The notes beneath the pieces are model-generated. The model made no database searches. It was not told the DNA's origin and saw nothing but the letters and a program-made list of their open reading frames with translations. Below are positions 8,691 to 17,603 of a stretch of DNA of 47,628 nucleotides, piece by piece. The stretch spans positions 1 to 47,628 of the forward strand of contig JBDSDR010000019.1 of the NCBI GenBank assembly GCA_039920385.1, written 5' to 3'. Source of the DNA: Candidatus Saccharimonadales bacterium (lineage in GTDB: Bacteria > Patescibacteriota > Saccharimonadia > Saccharimonadales > JAUPVS01). A program made the position numbers and the translations under genes. Position 1 is the first letter of the stretch, and every line of letters starts with the position of its first letter.

Positions 8691-11563
8691 GCAGCCACAA
8701 AGCTAACTAATTTGCCCGGCACGTAGATAGTCTTCTTTACAGTTTTACCATCTAGGTAACTAGAGATTTTTTGGTCAGATTTAGCCGTCTCAATAATCAT
8801 TTCTTCGGTACTGTCAGCTGGAACTTCAACTTGGGCCCGAACTTTGCCATTAACCTGCACGACGATTGTCATAGTATCGGCAATCAGGTACTTTTCTTCC
8901 CAAGTCGGCCATTGGCTGGTGTGAATAGTTTGCTCGTGGCCCAACTGCTTCCAAAGTTCTTCGCTAATATGTGGAGCGTACGGTGCCAATAGTTGCAGTA
9001 GGGCTTTTAGTGCAAACGGCCATTCTTTGGAGGCAAATTTATCTTCGGCTTTAATTTTATACAATTCGTTAACGAATTCCATCAAGGCGGCGACGGCCGT
9101 GTTAAAGCTCATTTGATGCAGGTCTTGGCTAACTTTCTTAATTGCCTTATGGGTAGCCGTGGCTAACTTAGGGTTTAAAGATTCGGATTTGCTATCTGCC
9201 TCGAGATACTCTTGAGTCAAAGTCCAAACCCGTTGCAAGAACCTAAATGTCCCGCCGATGCCCTCTGGGCTCCACGGTGTGGTTTGGTCGTAGGGTGCCA
9301 AAAAGACAATTGATAGACGCAAAGCATCAGCACCATAGCCCTGCTCAAGAATTTCGTTCGGGTTAACAATGTTGCCCTTACTCTTACTCATCTTAGTGCC
9401 ATCAGCCGCCAGAATAATCCCCTGGCCTCTTCGCGACGCATATGGTTCTGGGGTCGGTACTAGGCCTTGATCGTAAAAGAACTGGTGCCAAAAGCGCGAG
9501 TAAAGTAAGTGCAAGGTGGTGTGTTCCATGCCGCCCAGGTACATGTCGACTTCGCCCCAATATTTTAGCTTTTCTTTATCAGCAAAAGCCTTGTCGTTGT
9601 GGGCATCGTAATAACGCAAGTAATACCAAGAAGAACCGGCCCAGTTAGGCATAGTGTCGGTTTCGCGCTTAGCATCACCGCCACACTTAGGGCATTTTAC
9701 GTTCACCCAATCGGTAATCTCGGCTAATGGGCTTTGCCCATCGTCAGTTGGTTCGTAATGCTCGACTTTTGGTAGTACCACCGGTAATTGATCTTCGGGT
9801 ACTGGCACAGCGCCGTCTTTTGGACAGTGAATTATTGGAATCGGTTCACCCCAATAATGTTGGCGACTAAAAATCCAGTCCCGCAAACGGTAGTTAATCT
9901 TTTCTTCGCCATTTCCTGCCTTAACTAAGTCAGCCACAATTTTGTCGCGAGCTTCGCTCGAAGGCATACCGTTGTACTTGCCAGAGTTGATCATTTGGCC
10001 TTCGCTGCCATATGCATTTGGCTGAACCAATTGCAGGTAGCCATGTAAATGCGCTTCATCGGTGATAGTGTTTGAGATCTTGCTTTCGGCGACCCATTCC
10101 AATTTAAATTGACCTTCGTTGTCATCGAGGTTTGTTTCGACCTGCGCTTCATCAACGAGCTCAAACAGCATCGGCAAGAAACGTGCTTTGTAATTTTTGT
10201 TCTTCACATTTGAAAAGAAATAATTATTTACGTAGCTGGCTGATGTTTTAATATGCTTAAGATTGGTATAGCCTGTTTCTTCGGTAATTTCGCGAACGGC
10301 ACAATCAATTGGGTCTTCGTCCTTTTCGATACCACCACCAATAAAAAGATTGCCGCCCCAATTATCGCGTCGAGGTCCCCAGTTCAGCACTAGAACTTTT
10401 TTGGTCTTTGGATTGCGAACGATAGCAATAATAGCTTCTTTATGAGTCTCGTCACCTTGTATCTTTCCAAATTCCGGCTCAATCACTTCGTTAATTGGCA
10501 GCTCAAACTTTTGGGCAAATTCGTAATCGCGCTCGTCGTGAGCCGGTACGGCCATAATAGCGCCAGTACCGTAGCCGGTTAAAACATAGTCGGCAATCCA
10601 GACCGGAATTTTTTTACCATTCACCGGGTTAATGGCATGTGCGCCGGTAAAGACACCGGTCTTTTCGCGGTCGGTGTTTTGACGCTCAATTTCGGATTTG
10701 CCCTGGGCAGCCTTTATATAACTGTTTACGTGGGGCTTTTGCTCGGCACTCGTAATTGATGCTACTAGTGGGTGTTCTGGCGCCAATACCACAAAGGTGG
10801 CACCAAATAAGGTATCGGGGCGAGTTGTAAAAACTCGGATCTTGTTGCCGTCTTCTAGAGCAAAATCAACCTCAGCACCCTTGCTGCGGCCAATCCAGTT
10901 AACTTGCTGGTCGGCAATTCGGCTAGGGTAATCAACGTCTTGCAAGCCGTCAATCAAACGGTCGGCGTACTTAGTGATAGCCAGCATCCACTGTTTTAAG
11001 GTCTTTTTCTCAACCAAGGTGTCGCAGCGTTCGTGGCGGCCATTAACGACCTCTTCGTTAGCTAGACCGGTCTTACAATGTGGGCACCAGTTAATGGCGA
11101 CTTTGTCTTGGTAAGCTAAGCCCTCTTTAAAGAATTGTAAGAACAGCCACTGCGTCCATTTGTAGTAGTCCGGGTCGGTTGTTCTAAAAGAGCGGTCCCA
11201 GTCGATGCTATAACCTAACGAATCAAATTGCTTTTGAAAGTTGCCAACATTGCGCTCAGTAGCCACTTGGGGGGCAATTTTGTTTTTAATGGCGTAGTTT
11301 TCGGTCGGCAAGCCAAAAGCATCGTAACCCATCGGATAGAGAACGTTATAGCCATGTTGGCGCTTGTAACGCGCCATGACATCGCCCAAGGTGTACTCAC
11401 GCACATGACCAAGGTGTAAACCATCACCTGACGGATACGGAAATTCGGTCAGCACAACATATTTAGGCCGAGTTTTGTCAAAGTCGACAGCCTTGTACAG
11501 CTTGTCGCTAGCCCAAGTTTTTTGCCACTTAGGTTCGAGGTCTTTGGGATTATAGCGCTTCAT
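8687..11563 (-). CDS. leuS: Leucine--tRNA ligase with inserted Nudix domain
   Basis: HIGH-like PYPSGDGLHLGH, editing motifs FTTRPDT and GTGAIMAVPAHDERD, RLRDWIFSRQHYWG, KMSKSKGN, C-terminal VQVNGKVR. Contains a ~150-aa insert with a perfect Nudix box. Confidence 0.97.
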   Translation of the reverse strand: MKRYNPKDLEPKWQKTWASDKLYKAVDFDKTRPKYVVLTEFPYPSGDGLHLGHVREYTLGDVMARYKRQHGYNVLYPMGYDAFGLPTENYAIKNKIAPQVATERNVGNFQKQFDSLGYSIDWDRSFRTTDPDYYKWTQWLFLQFFKEGLAYQDKVAINWCPHCKTGLANEEVVNGRHERCDTLVEKKTLKQWMLAITKYADRLIDGLQDVDYPSRIADQQVNWIGRSKGAEVDFALEDGNKIRVFTTRPDTLFGATFVVLAPEHPLVASITSAEQKPHVNSYIKAAQGKSEIERQNTDREKTGVFTGAHAINPVNGKKIPVWIADYVLTGYGTGAIMAVPAHDERDYEFAQKFELPINEVIEPEFGKIQGDETHKEAIIAIVRNPKTKKVLVLNWGPRRDNWGGNLFIGGGIEKDEDPIDCAVREITEETGYTNLKHIKTSASYVNNYFFSNVKNKNYKARFLPMLFELVDEAQVETNLDDNEGQFKLEWVAESKISNTITDEAHLHGYLQLVQPNAYGSEGQMINSGKYNGMPSSEARDKIVADLVKAGNGEEKINYRLRDWIFSRQHYWGEPIPIIHCPKDGAVPVPEDQLPVVLPKVEHYEPTDDGQSPLAEITDWVNVKCPKCGGDAKRETDTMPNWAGSSWYYLRYYDAHNDKAFADKEKLKYWGEVDMYLGGMEHTTLHLLYSRFWHQFFYDQGLVPTPEPYASRRGQGIILAADGTKMSKSKGNIVNPNEILEQGYGADALRLSIVFLAPYDQTTPWSPEGIGGTFRFLQRVWTLTQEYLEADSKSESLNPKLATATHKAIKKVSQDLHQMSFNTAVAALMEFVNELYKIKAEDKFASKEWPFALKALLQLLAPYAPHISEELWKQLGHEQTIHTSQWPTWEEKYLIADTMTIVVQVNGKVRAQVEVPADSTEEMIIETAKSDQKISSYLDGKTVKKTIYVPGKLVSFVAA

Positions 11564-11591
11564 ATGGGGTCATTATACCGTAAATTAAGTT

Positions 11592-12356
11592 TTAGCTGGC
11601 GTGTAGCTGGCGAATTGCCTTCACAATGCCGTGGGCGCTCATTAAGGGGTTAACACAAATGTGGTAGACCCAACGGGTAGTTTCGGGCATTTCTTCGACA
11701 ACATGGACGGCTTCGCTACGCTCAAGTTCCGCCAAAACCTCTTTGAGGACTTTGCGACTACTATCCAGTTTATCCCAGTTATCATGCGGCATCCGGGCAT
11801 GAATAGCTTGGGTAACTCCTTGGCGAGTAAGATACAGGCCGCAGCCATCCAGATCAAAGGCCTCACCAAACTCATGCGAACTGTGCTCGTCGTCAGCCGG
11901 GTTGACACTCGGCTGGCGCGGGTTAAGCGTGGCTAACCGGGCCTGATAAGTGGTTGATCGTACCATCGAGGTAACTGGCAACTGCCAGATTGAGTTGTCA
12001 GCATCTGACCCTTCGGCATCGGCCCAAACCTGGCCAATTGCCTCTAATGCGGCATCGGCGCGAGGGGTCAGGTAGGGCGGTGAGTAGCCTTCGAACTGAT
12101 TGCGCAACCGAGGTATTGCCCTGATGCCAGGCTTGTCTTCGACAACAATGAGTTTTCCCCTTTGTACGGCCTGATCAACATCCATGTCAGTGGCAAGCGG
12201 TTGGCGGCCCGACTCGGCAAACCAGGCCTGTTCAAAGGCAATCCCTTGGTGGATATCTTCTAGAACGGCCCGAGCCTCAGCGTCAGAATAATCAGCTGGG
12301 TTGTAAAAGTCTTTTAATTGGCCCTCCGGGGTTGGGATTGCTTCACTAACCAACAT
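11592..12356 (-). CDS. DUF5715-like / Zn D-Ala-D-Ala peptidase (LAS, M15-like) fold protein
   Basis: PYLTP, VTSMVRS...Q..L, SSHEFGEAFD (H-x6-D) and WVYHI (third His ligand); starts 1 nt after the ddl stop. Confidence 0.6.
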   Translation of the reverse strand: MLVSEAIPTPEGQLKDFYNPADYSDAEARAVLEDIHQGIAFEQAWFAESGRQPLATDMDVDQAVQRGKLIVVEDKPGIRAIPRLRNQFEGYSPPYLTPRADAALEAIGQVWADAEGSDADNSIWQLPVTSMVRSTTYQARLATLNPRQPSVNPADDEHSSHEFGEAFDLDGCGLYLTRQGVTQAIHARMPHDNWDKLDSSRKVLKEVLAELERSEAVHVVEEMPETTRWVYHICVNPLMSAHGIVKAIRQLHAS

Positions 12357-12357
12357 A

Positions 12358-13524
12358 TTAAAACTGCTTTAAATAATTAGTACTAAAAGCGGTGGCAATC
12401 TTTTGCTGAGCCTGCCAGCGGGCCTCGGCGTAATCGACCAGTTTAGTAACTAGCTCGACATTAGAGATACCAGCCTGGTTCCAGTTGTGACTATACAAAC
12501 TGCCTGGTAATGGGTTGATTTCGTTGAACATGACTTGCTTGGTTTTGCCATCGATTAGCATATCGACACGGGCAATACCGGTACAACCAACAGTTTTATA
12601 AACGTCGAGTCCGAGCTTAACAGCTTGGTCGTACAAATCTTTGGGTATATCAGCCGGCAACTGGCTATAGCCTTGAGCACCTTGCTCACCACCACCCTTT
12701 TTACCGCCTTTTTTGCCACCTTGCATATACTTGGTTTCAAAATCAAAGAAATCTTCACTTTTAAGCAAGGGTTGTTCGAGCAAGGCTGGCACTGGTTCTT
12801 CGTTACCAATAATTGGCAAAGTTACCTCAATTAAATCGGTTACACCCTGTTCAACAATAACTTTGTCGTCGTAGTGAGCGGCCACTTCTAGAGCGTTCAT
12901 TAGGCCATCTTTGCTCTCGACGCGAGTAATACCGATACTGGAACCGAGGTGAGCCGGCTTTACAAATAATGGGTAGTGTAGCTTTTCGATGTCCTTCAAA
13001 ATTGCAGCGTGATCACGACCGAGGTTGCGTGAATAAAACCAAGTCCAAGGCGTCGTTGGCAAGCCAGCCGAGCCAGTAACTTGCTTAGATAGCACCTTAT
13101 CCATAGCAATCGCACTGGCCGGAACGCCACAGCCGACATAGGGCACATTGGCCATTTCGAGGATTCCCATTAGTTCACCATCTTCGCCGTGAGTACCATG
13201 CGTCGCCGGAAAGACGACATCGATCTTTTTGTACATCTTGCGGCCAGCAAACTGGCTGGATTTAACTAAGGTTAGGCCATTATCAAATAACAGATGCACC
13301 TTGGGCGCCTTGCGCATAAAATCTTCGATCTCACCAGTTTGGTAGAAAGCAATGTCTTTGAGTTTGTCGTCCCAATACCAAGAACCGTCCTTGGAAATAT
13401 AAACAGCTTCGACTTTGTACTGTTTACTGAGTTCGAGCGGCTTAATAATGCTAGCTAGGGCCGTAATAACAGAAACGTCGTGCTCGGTAGAGCGGCTACC
13501 AAAAATAACTGCGATTGTTTTCAT
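12358..13524 (-). CDS. ddl: D-alanine--D-alanine ligase
   Basis: FGSRSTEHDVS, HGTHGEDG, MDK, FVKPAHLGSSIGI, FDFETKY, ARVD, NEINPLPG. Confidence 0.95.
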   Translation of the reverse strand: MKTIAVIFGSRSTEHDVSVITALASIIKPLELSKQYKVEAVYISKDGSWYWDDKLKDIAFYQTGEIEDFMRKAPKVHLLFDNGLTLVKSSQFAGRKMYKKIDVVFPATHGTHGEDGELMGILEMANVPYVGCGVPASAIAMDKVLSKQVTGSAGLPTTPWTWFYSRNLGRDHAAILKDIEKLHYPLFVKPAHLGSSIGITRVESKDGLMNALEVAAHYDDKVIVEQGVTDLIEVTLPIIGNEEPVPALLEQPLLKSEDFFDFETKYMQGGKKGGKKGGGEQGAQGYSQLPADIPKDLYDQAVKLGLDVYKTVGCTGIARVDMLIDGKTKQVMFNEINPLPGSLYSHNWNQAGISNVELVTKLVDYAEARWQAQQKIATAFSTNYLKQF

Positions 13525-13549
13525 GGCCTAATTATACAATTAATTGCTA

Positions 13550-14986
13550 TTAATTGTAATTGTCGGTCCAGTCGTTTTGTAACATAATGACATCCCCGGC
13601 CGCTAAGATATGTTCGAGATTAGAATAGAACTCTAGTGGCTTAGGTTCGATCTGCAAATCGCCATCGTAATTGCCCTCTTCTAGCCCGGCTTTTATATAG
13701 TCGGTGGCAGAGTTCTGCATAAGCACGACTCGATCCGGTCGAGCCGCCGCTATAGCCCGCCCTAATTCTAGGTGAACCGACTTGGTTTCGACCCCTTGGT
13801 CAACTAGACCAGGCGTAACATAGATCTTCCGTTTACCGTGTAAGGCTTGTAGCAATTTTAAGCCAGCCTTCATGCCATCGATGTTACCGTTGTAGCTGTC
13901 GTCTAAGATCCAGGCGCCGCGCAGTGAGCGGGGCTGCATACGGTGCTCAAAGGCTTTGGTTTTGGCCACGCCGGTCTCGATCTGGTCTTTAGTTAGCCCG
14001 AGTTGGTGGGCCAAGGCTGCTACCAGAGCTAGCGGACCGACTTGGTGAGCGCCCAGTAAGCCACTTTTGAGCCGAAAACTATGCTTTGCCTTCTCCATCA
14101 CAAAACTAGTACCCGTAAAATCAATCTTAATATCTTTGATTTTCCAATCTAGGACAGTTTTGTAATTATACGAGTTGTAGGTGGGCTTAATAAAAGCCTG
14201 AGCGGCTTCGGAGTCACTGTTGACATAAGTTTTGGCATCACCGACGTATTCGGCTAAAGAGAATATGTCTTCGCCAGCCGCCTGCAAACTAGGGTAGTTA
14301 TCGAGGTGAGCCGGCGCTAAACCGGTAATAATACCGATGTTTGGCTGGGTTACTTGGGCAAAGCGGGCCACATCGCCCGGTGCTCCCTCGCCGTACTCAA
14401 TAATCAAGACTTCTTCGTGACCAGTTAGCTTGCGTGCAAAATCGGCATGCGACACTGCCACATTTTTGTTAGCTGGTGTGGCCGCCACGGCCTTGCCTTC
14501 GGATAGTACAGTTTTAAGCAATTCTTTCATGCTAGTTTTGCCATAGCTCCCAGCCACGGCGATTTTAATAGCTGTATGGTTAGCAAAAATCGCACCGGAG
14601 GCTTTAACCAAACGGCGGTTGCGCGGATTAATAATTGCTAGCCGACCGAGCACCAAAGGGAAAACCAGCAAGTAAGCCCAAACTATCGGGTAAGTTACGA
14701 TAATAAATAGCGCTAAAAAGGTTAGGGCCGGTTTATTGCCAAAGTAGCCAACTGCTAGGACTGCTAACCCAACTAAGACCTGGGCTAGCATCCCTAACGT
14801 CACAGCCAATAGTAGTAATTTAGCGGCCTTAGTTTTGTCGAGCGAGCGCCGGTACATAACTTTAGAGAAATCCTTCGTCCGCCAGAACCATTGCAGGTAA
14901 GGTTTGGCCTGGTATTCGGTGCTTTGCAGCATATAAACCAGAGTTTGAGGGTATTTAGGCAAAAATAGGCTTAGTAGCAGTTTCAC
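13550..14986 (-). CDS. murF: UDP-MurNAc-tripeptide--D-Ala-D-Ala ligase with N-terminal TM segments
   Basis: VAGSYGKTSMKE P-loop, EHR, ILDDSYNGN, TPGLVDQG; adjacent to ddl. Confidence 0.85.
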   Translation of the reverse strand: MKLLLSLFLPKYPQTLVYMLQSTEYQAKPYLQWFWRTKDFSKVMYRRSLDKTKAAKLLLLAVTLGMLAQVLVGLAVLAVGYFGNKPALTFLALFIIVTYPIVWAYLLVFPLVLGRLAIINPRNRRLVKASGAIFANHTAIKIAVAGSYGKTSMKELLKTVLSEGKAVAATPANKNVAVSHADFARKLTGHEEVLIIEYGEGAPGDVARFAQVTQPNIGIITGLAPAHLDNYPSLQAAGEDIFSLAEYVGDAKTYVNSDSEAAQAFIKPTYNSYNYKTVLDWKIKDIKIDFTGTSFVMEKAKHSFRLKSGLLGAHQVGPLALVAALAHQLGLTKDQIETGVAKTKAFEHRMQPRSLRGAWILDDSYNGNIDGMKAGLKLLQALHGKRKIYVTPGLVDQGVETKSVHLELGRAIAAARPDRVVLMQNSATDYIKAGLEEGNYDGDLQIEPKPLEFYSNLEHILAAGDVIMLQNDWTDNYN

Positions 14987-15735
14987 TTTAGGAACTCCTC
15001 AATTAAACCAAGTGTTGCCTGAAGCTGATCGTGGTGCACAAAGTGACCGGCGTCGGGAATTACATGTAAGTCAGAGCCTTTGATTAAATCGGCATAGATT
15101 TCGCCAAAGACAGGAGGAGTAGCCGTATCATTCTGGCCGTATATAAGCAGGGTTGGTAGAGTCAACTTGGCGGCATCAGCTTGAACATCGTACTGGACGG
15201 TCTTCTTAAAGGTTTCTTGCATGTTTGGTATATCAAGCATCTCGGATCCGACTACCCCGTATAGCTTCTTTTGTAGCTTCTGGCGGCTGGACTTTGGCAG
15301 CCAGAAAGTGGTAGCTTTGCCGACTTTGGCAACAGTTTTTATAGCCAAGCGTCGCTTCGTCTGAGTATTACGAATACCAGCCGCGCCAATTAGCACCAAT
15401 TTTTGACTGTTTAGCTTACCGTTAGCTAGGCCATAAATGGCTAAGGCACCACCGTTGGAATGACCGATTACGGTATAGATGGCTTTAGTTTGGGTTTTCT
15501 TTAGAAACGCCTCGATAAAGTTGGCATAATCTTTAAAGCCCCAAACGGCGGGCGGTGCCTGGGTGGCCCCAAAACCAGGTAAATCTAGGCTAATCACGCT
15601 GTAACTTTTGGCTAAGGCTGCCTGAATCGATTGATAAGATTTGCTACTATCGCCCCAGCCGTGTAAAAGCAGGATGTTTTTGCCAGAGCCTTGTTTAGAG
15701 TAGTTGGTCAGTAAATCTTGAATGACTATCTGCAT
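14983..15735 (-). CDS. Alpha/beta hydrolase
   Basis: LLHGWG, DLPGFG, GHSNGG nucleophile elbow, GQND, AGHFVH. Confidence 0.9.
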   Translation of the reverse strand: MQIVIQDLLTNYSKQGSGKNILLLHGWGDSSKSYQSIQAALAKSYSVISLDLPGFGATQAPPAVWGFKDYANFIEAFLKKTQTKAIYTVIGHSNGGALAIYGLANGKLNSQKLVLIGAAGIRNTQTKRRLAIKTVAKVGKATTFWLPKSSRQKLQKKLYGVVGSEMLDIPNMQETFKKTVQYDVQADAAKLTLPTLLIYGQNDTATPPVFGEIYADLIKGSDLHVIPDAGHFVHHDQLQATLGLIEEFLK

Positions 15736-15737
15736 GC

Positions 15738-16655
15738 CTAGTTCTCTTTTAACAGCCCACTAAGCTTGGCCTGAAGGTCTTCTTGGCTGATAGTTTTAGT
15801 TGGCAGCTCAAAACTACGCTGAACGCCATAAGCCGAGTAGTTAGAGGTTCGGTTGTTATCGACATAAGTCAGTGATGCCAACTGGTGGGCGACAGCGTCA
15901 ACAGTCACCTTAACTTGAATTGGTGCACCGCCTTGATACTGTGTAGGATCAAGTTCTTTAAGCTGGTTAAGCCCCATCATGCCATCGAGTTTTTTGAGCA
16001 AGGCGATGTACTTGTCGCTGGTAATGCCGACGTTGTAGGTGTAGTACAAGCGGCCGTCTTTGCGTTCTTTACTAACTTTGGCAAAATCGACGTCATAGAC
16101 TTGGTCGTTTTTTATGTCATGCATAACCTGCTTTGTCTGAACTCCATTGAGGTGAGCAAACGGCAAGGCATCAAAGATCGCTGTGGCAAACATACCGCTG
16201 GCGCTACCGCCAAGCTCAGTTTTGCTCCAAACATTAAGGACTGGCTTAAAGTCGGCGGCTTGGCCATCCTTAGATTTCTGCGAAGTTTCGATTTTGGTAT
16301 AGCGCGCAAAGTTAGCTTGTGGCGTACCAAGCGTTTCGGTCACCACGGTACTTTTTGGTTCTTCGGTTTGGGTAATAGTCGCAAAAGTTTTTACAAAGTT
16401 TTGCGAACCAAGTGTAATTTGCTCATATTGATCGAGTTTTTGACTGTTAACAGCACTGACGGTTTGCTTAGTAACGCCACTTGTAACCAAGTTATTTTTA
16501 ACAGCTGCCCAGTAAACATTTTGCGGGTTAAGATACATAAAGTGCCACCACAACCAAGTTGTAAGCACCAATAAAACCACCCCACCACCTAGAGTTACAC
16601 CGTAAAACAGGGCTTGACCACGTGACTGGGCCCGATCGAGATAGTATTCAAGCAT
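15738..16655 (-). CDS. Membrane-anchored exported hypothetical protein
   Basis: N-terminal TM helix followed by a beta-rich soluble domain; TGtTACAAT 6 nt before the ATG. Confidence 0.7.
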   Translation of the reverse strand: MLEYYLDRAQSRGQALFYGVTLGGGVVLLVLTTWLWWHFMYLNPQNVYWAAVKNNLVTSGVTKQTVSAVNSQKLDQYEQITLGSQNFVKTFATITQTEEPKSTVVTETLGTPQANFARYTKIETSQKSKDGQAADFKPVLNVWSKTELGGSASGMFATAIFDALPFAHLNGVQTKQVMHDIKNDQVYDVDFAKVSKERKDGRLYYTYNVGITSDKYIALLKKLDGMMGLNQLKELDPTQYQGGAPIQVKVTVDAVAHQLASLTYVDNNRTSNYSAYGVQRSFELPTKTISQEDLQAKLSGLLKEN

Positions 16656-16717
16656 ACCGCTATTGTAACAGCTTTATTTTTAGGGGTGAATGCTGTAAAA
16701 TAACGGATTGTTAACAA

Positions 16718-16794
16718 GGGGATATAGCTCAGTTGATTAGAGCGCTGCCCTGGCAGGGCAGAGGTCCAGGGTTTGAGTCCCTGTATCTCCACCA
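16718..16794 (+). tRNA. tRNA-Ala(GGC)
   Basis: GGGGATA...TATCTCC-A-CCA with the G3:U70 identity pair. Anticodon arm CTGCC-CTGGCAG-GGCAG; atypical A19/U56. Confidence 0.93.
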
Positions 16795-16800
16795 AATAGC

Positions 16801-16827
16801 ACCCCACCATGCGTGGGGTTTTGTTTT
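16801..16827 (+). terminator. Rho-independent terminator after tRNA-Ala
   Basis: ACCCCAC-CATGC-GTGGGGT followed by TTTGTTTT. Confidence 0.75.
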
Positions 16828-16863
16828 CCCTGATATAATGACTGTACTAACCGGAGGAACTCA

Positions 16864-17115
16864 ATGGCAGCAGGCGATCAATTACGAAACGCAGCCAGTA
16901 GTGCCAAAATGGCCGCTACCGACAAACGCAAGCAAATACTCAACGTCCGTGACACCGTCGAAAAAATGAAGCGTGACATGGAACATCTCCAAAAAACCGC
17001 TGATGAATGGGAAAAACAAATTAATGATCTAGAAAACCAGGTTAGAAACCTCGAACAACAAGCTCGCCAGGCTGACGATGCCGAAAGGCGCATGCGCGAG
17101 GCCCAACAGCAATGA
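16864..17115 (+). CDS. Small coiled-coil protein
   Basis: GGAGG SD; heptad-like E/K/Q/R-rich sequence; ATGA overlap with the next gene. Confidence 0.75.
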   Translation: MAAGDQLRNAASSAKMAATDKRKQILNVRDTVEKMKRDMEHLQKTADEWEKQINDLENQVRNLEQQARQADDAERRMREAQQQ

Positions 17116-17429
17116 GCCTAAAGGCTTACCAAAAACAGATTGACGATATGGTCCAAGGGCTCGAAAAGCCCTACTGGAGCCCCCTAAGTATTATGGCGCG
17201 TATGAGTGAAGAAGTTGGCGAAGTCGCCCGCATTATCAACCATAAGTTTGGCGACAAACCCAAAAAACCCACCGAAGAACACGAAGATCTGGCCGATGAG
17301 TTAGCCGATGTTATGTATACCGTACTTTGCATGGCCAACAGTCAAGGTATCGACCTCGACCCAGCCATGGAAAAGGTTATTGCCAAACTAAGTACCCGCG
17401 ACAAAGACCGTTTCAAAAAGAAAGCCTAG
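17112..17429 (+). CDS. MazG-like nucleotide pyrophosphohydrolase (YpjD-type)
   Basis: YWSPLS..ARMSEEVGEVAR...ELADV..: ExxE...ExxD metal motif. Confidence 0.9.
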   Translation: MSLKAYQKQIDDMVQGLEKPYWSPLSIMARMSEEVGEVARIINHKFGDKPKKPTEEHEDLADELADVMYTVLCMANSQGIDLDPAMEKVIAKLSTRDKDRFKKKA

Positions 17430-17438
17430 CCCCGCCCC

Positions 17439-17467
17439 TTGAGTAAAAGGCTGTTTTCTAGTAGAAT
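17439..17467 (+). promoter_or_regulatory. Sigma70 promoter of tRNA-Phe
   Basis: TTGAGT-17 nt-TAGAAT. Confidence 0.65.
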
Positions 17468-17481
17468 AGCGAGGTTAGCGT

Positions 17482-17557
17482 GGCTCTTTAGCTCAGTTGG
17501 TAGAGCAACGGATTGAAGCTCCGTGTGTCCCCAGTTCGAGTCTGGGAGGAGCCACCA
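17482..17557 (+). tRNA. tRNA-Phe(GAA)
   Basis: GGCTCTT...AGGAGCC-A-CCA; anticodon arm ACGGA-TTGAAGC-TCCGT. Confidence 0.95.
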
Positions 17558-17578
17558 ATTTTAGGCTGACATTAAATG

Positions 17579-17598
17579 AGGGCAAAGGCCCTTTTTTT
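17579..17598 (+). terminator. Terminator after tRNA-Phe
   Basis: AGGGC-AAAG-GCCCT followed by TTTTTT. Confidence 0.65.
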
Positions 17599-17603
17599 GT
17601 ATT

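Noticed and set aside
10020-10470. Intein or intron in leuS
   Set aside because: The frame is continuous, with no Cys/Ser start, His-Asn end or LAGLIDADG motif. The insert has a Nudix box instead.
15885-16574. 229-aa plus-strand ORF, and similar antisense ORFs (7293..7742, 38340..38798, 42408..42854, 44642..45022)
   Set aside because: Shadow frames opposite well-supported genes, with no motifs or start signals.
16864-17115. Small Gln-terminated protein as a true Pup/UBact
   Set aside because: No di-glycine GG[QE] C-terminus or Pup-like F...[YF]VQKGG motif; it looks like a continuous coiled coil. Kept only as a weak candidate.
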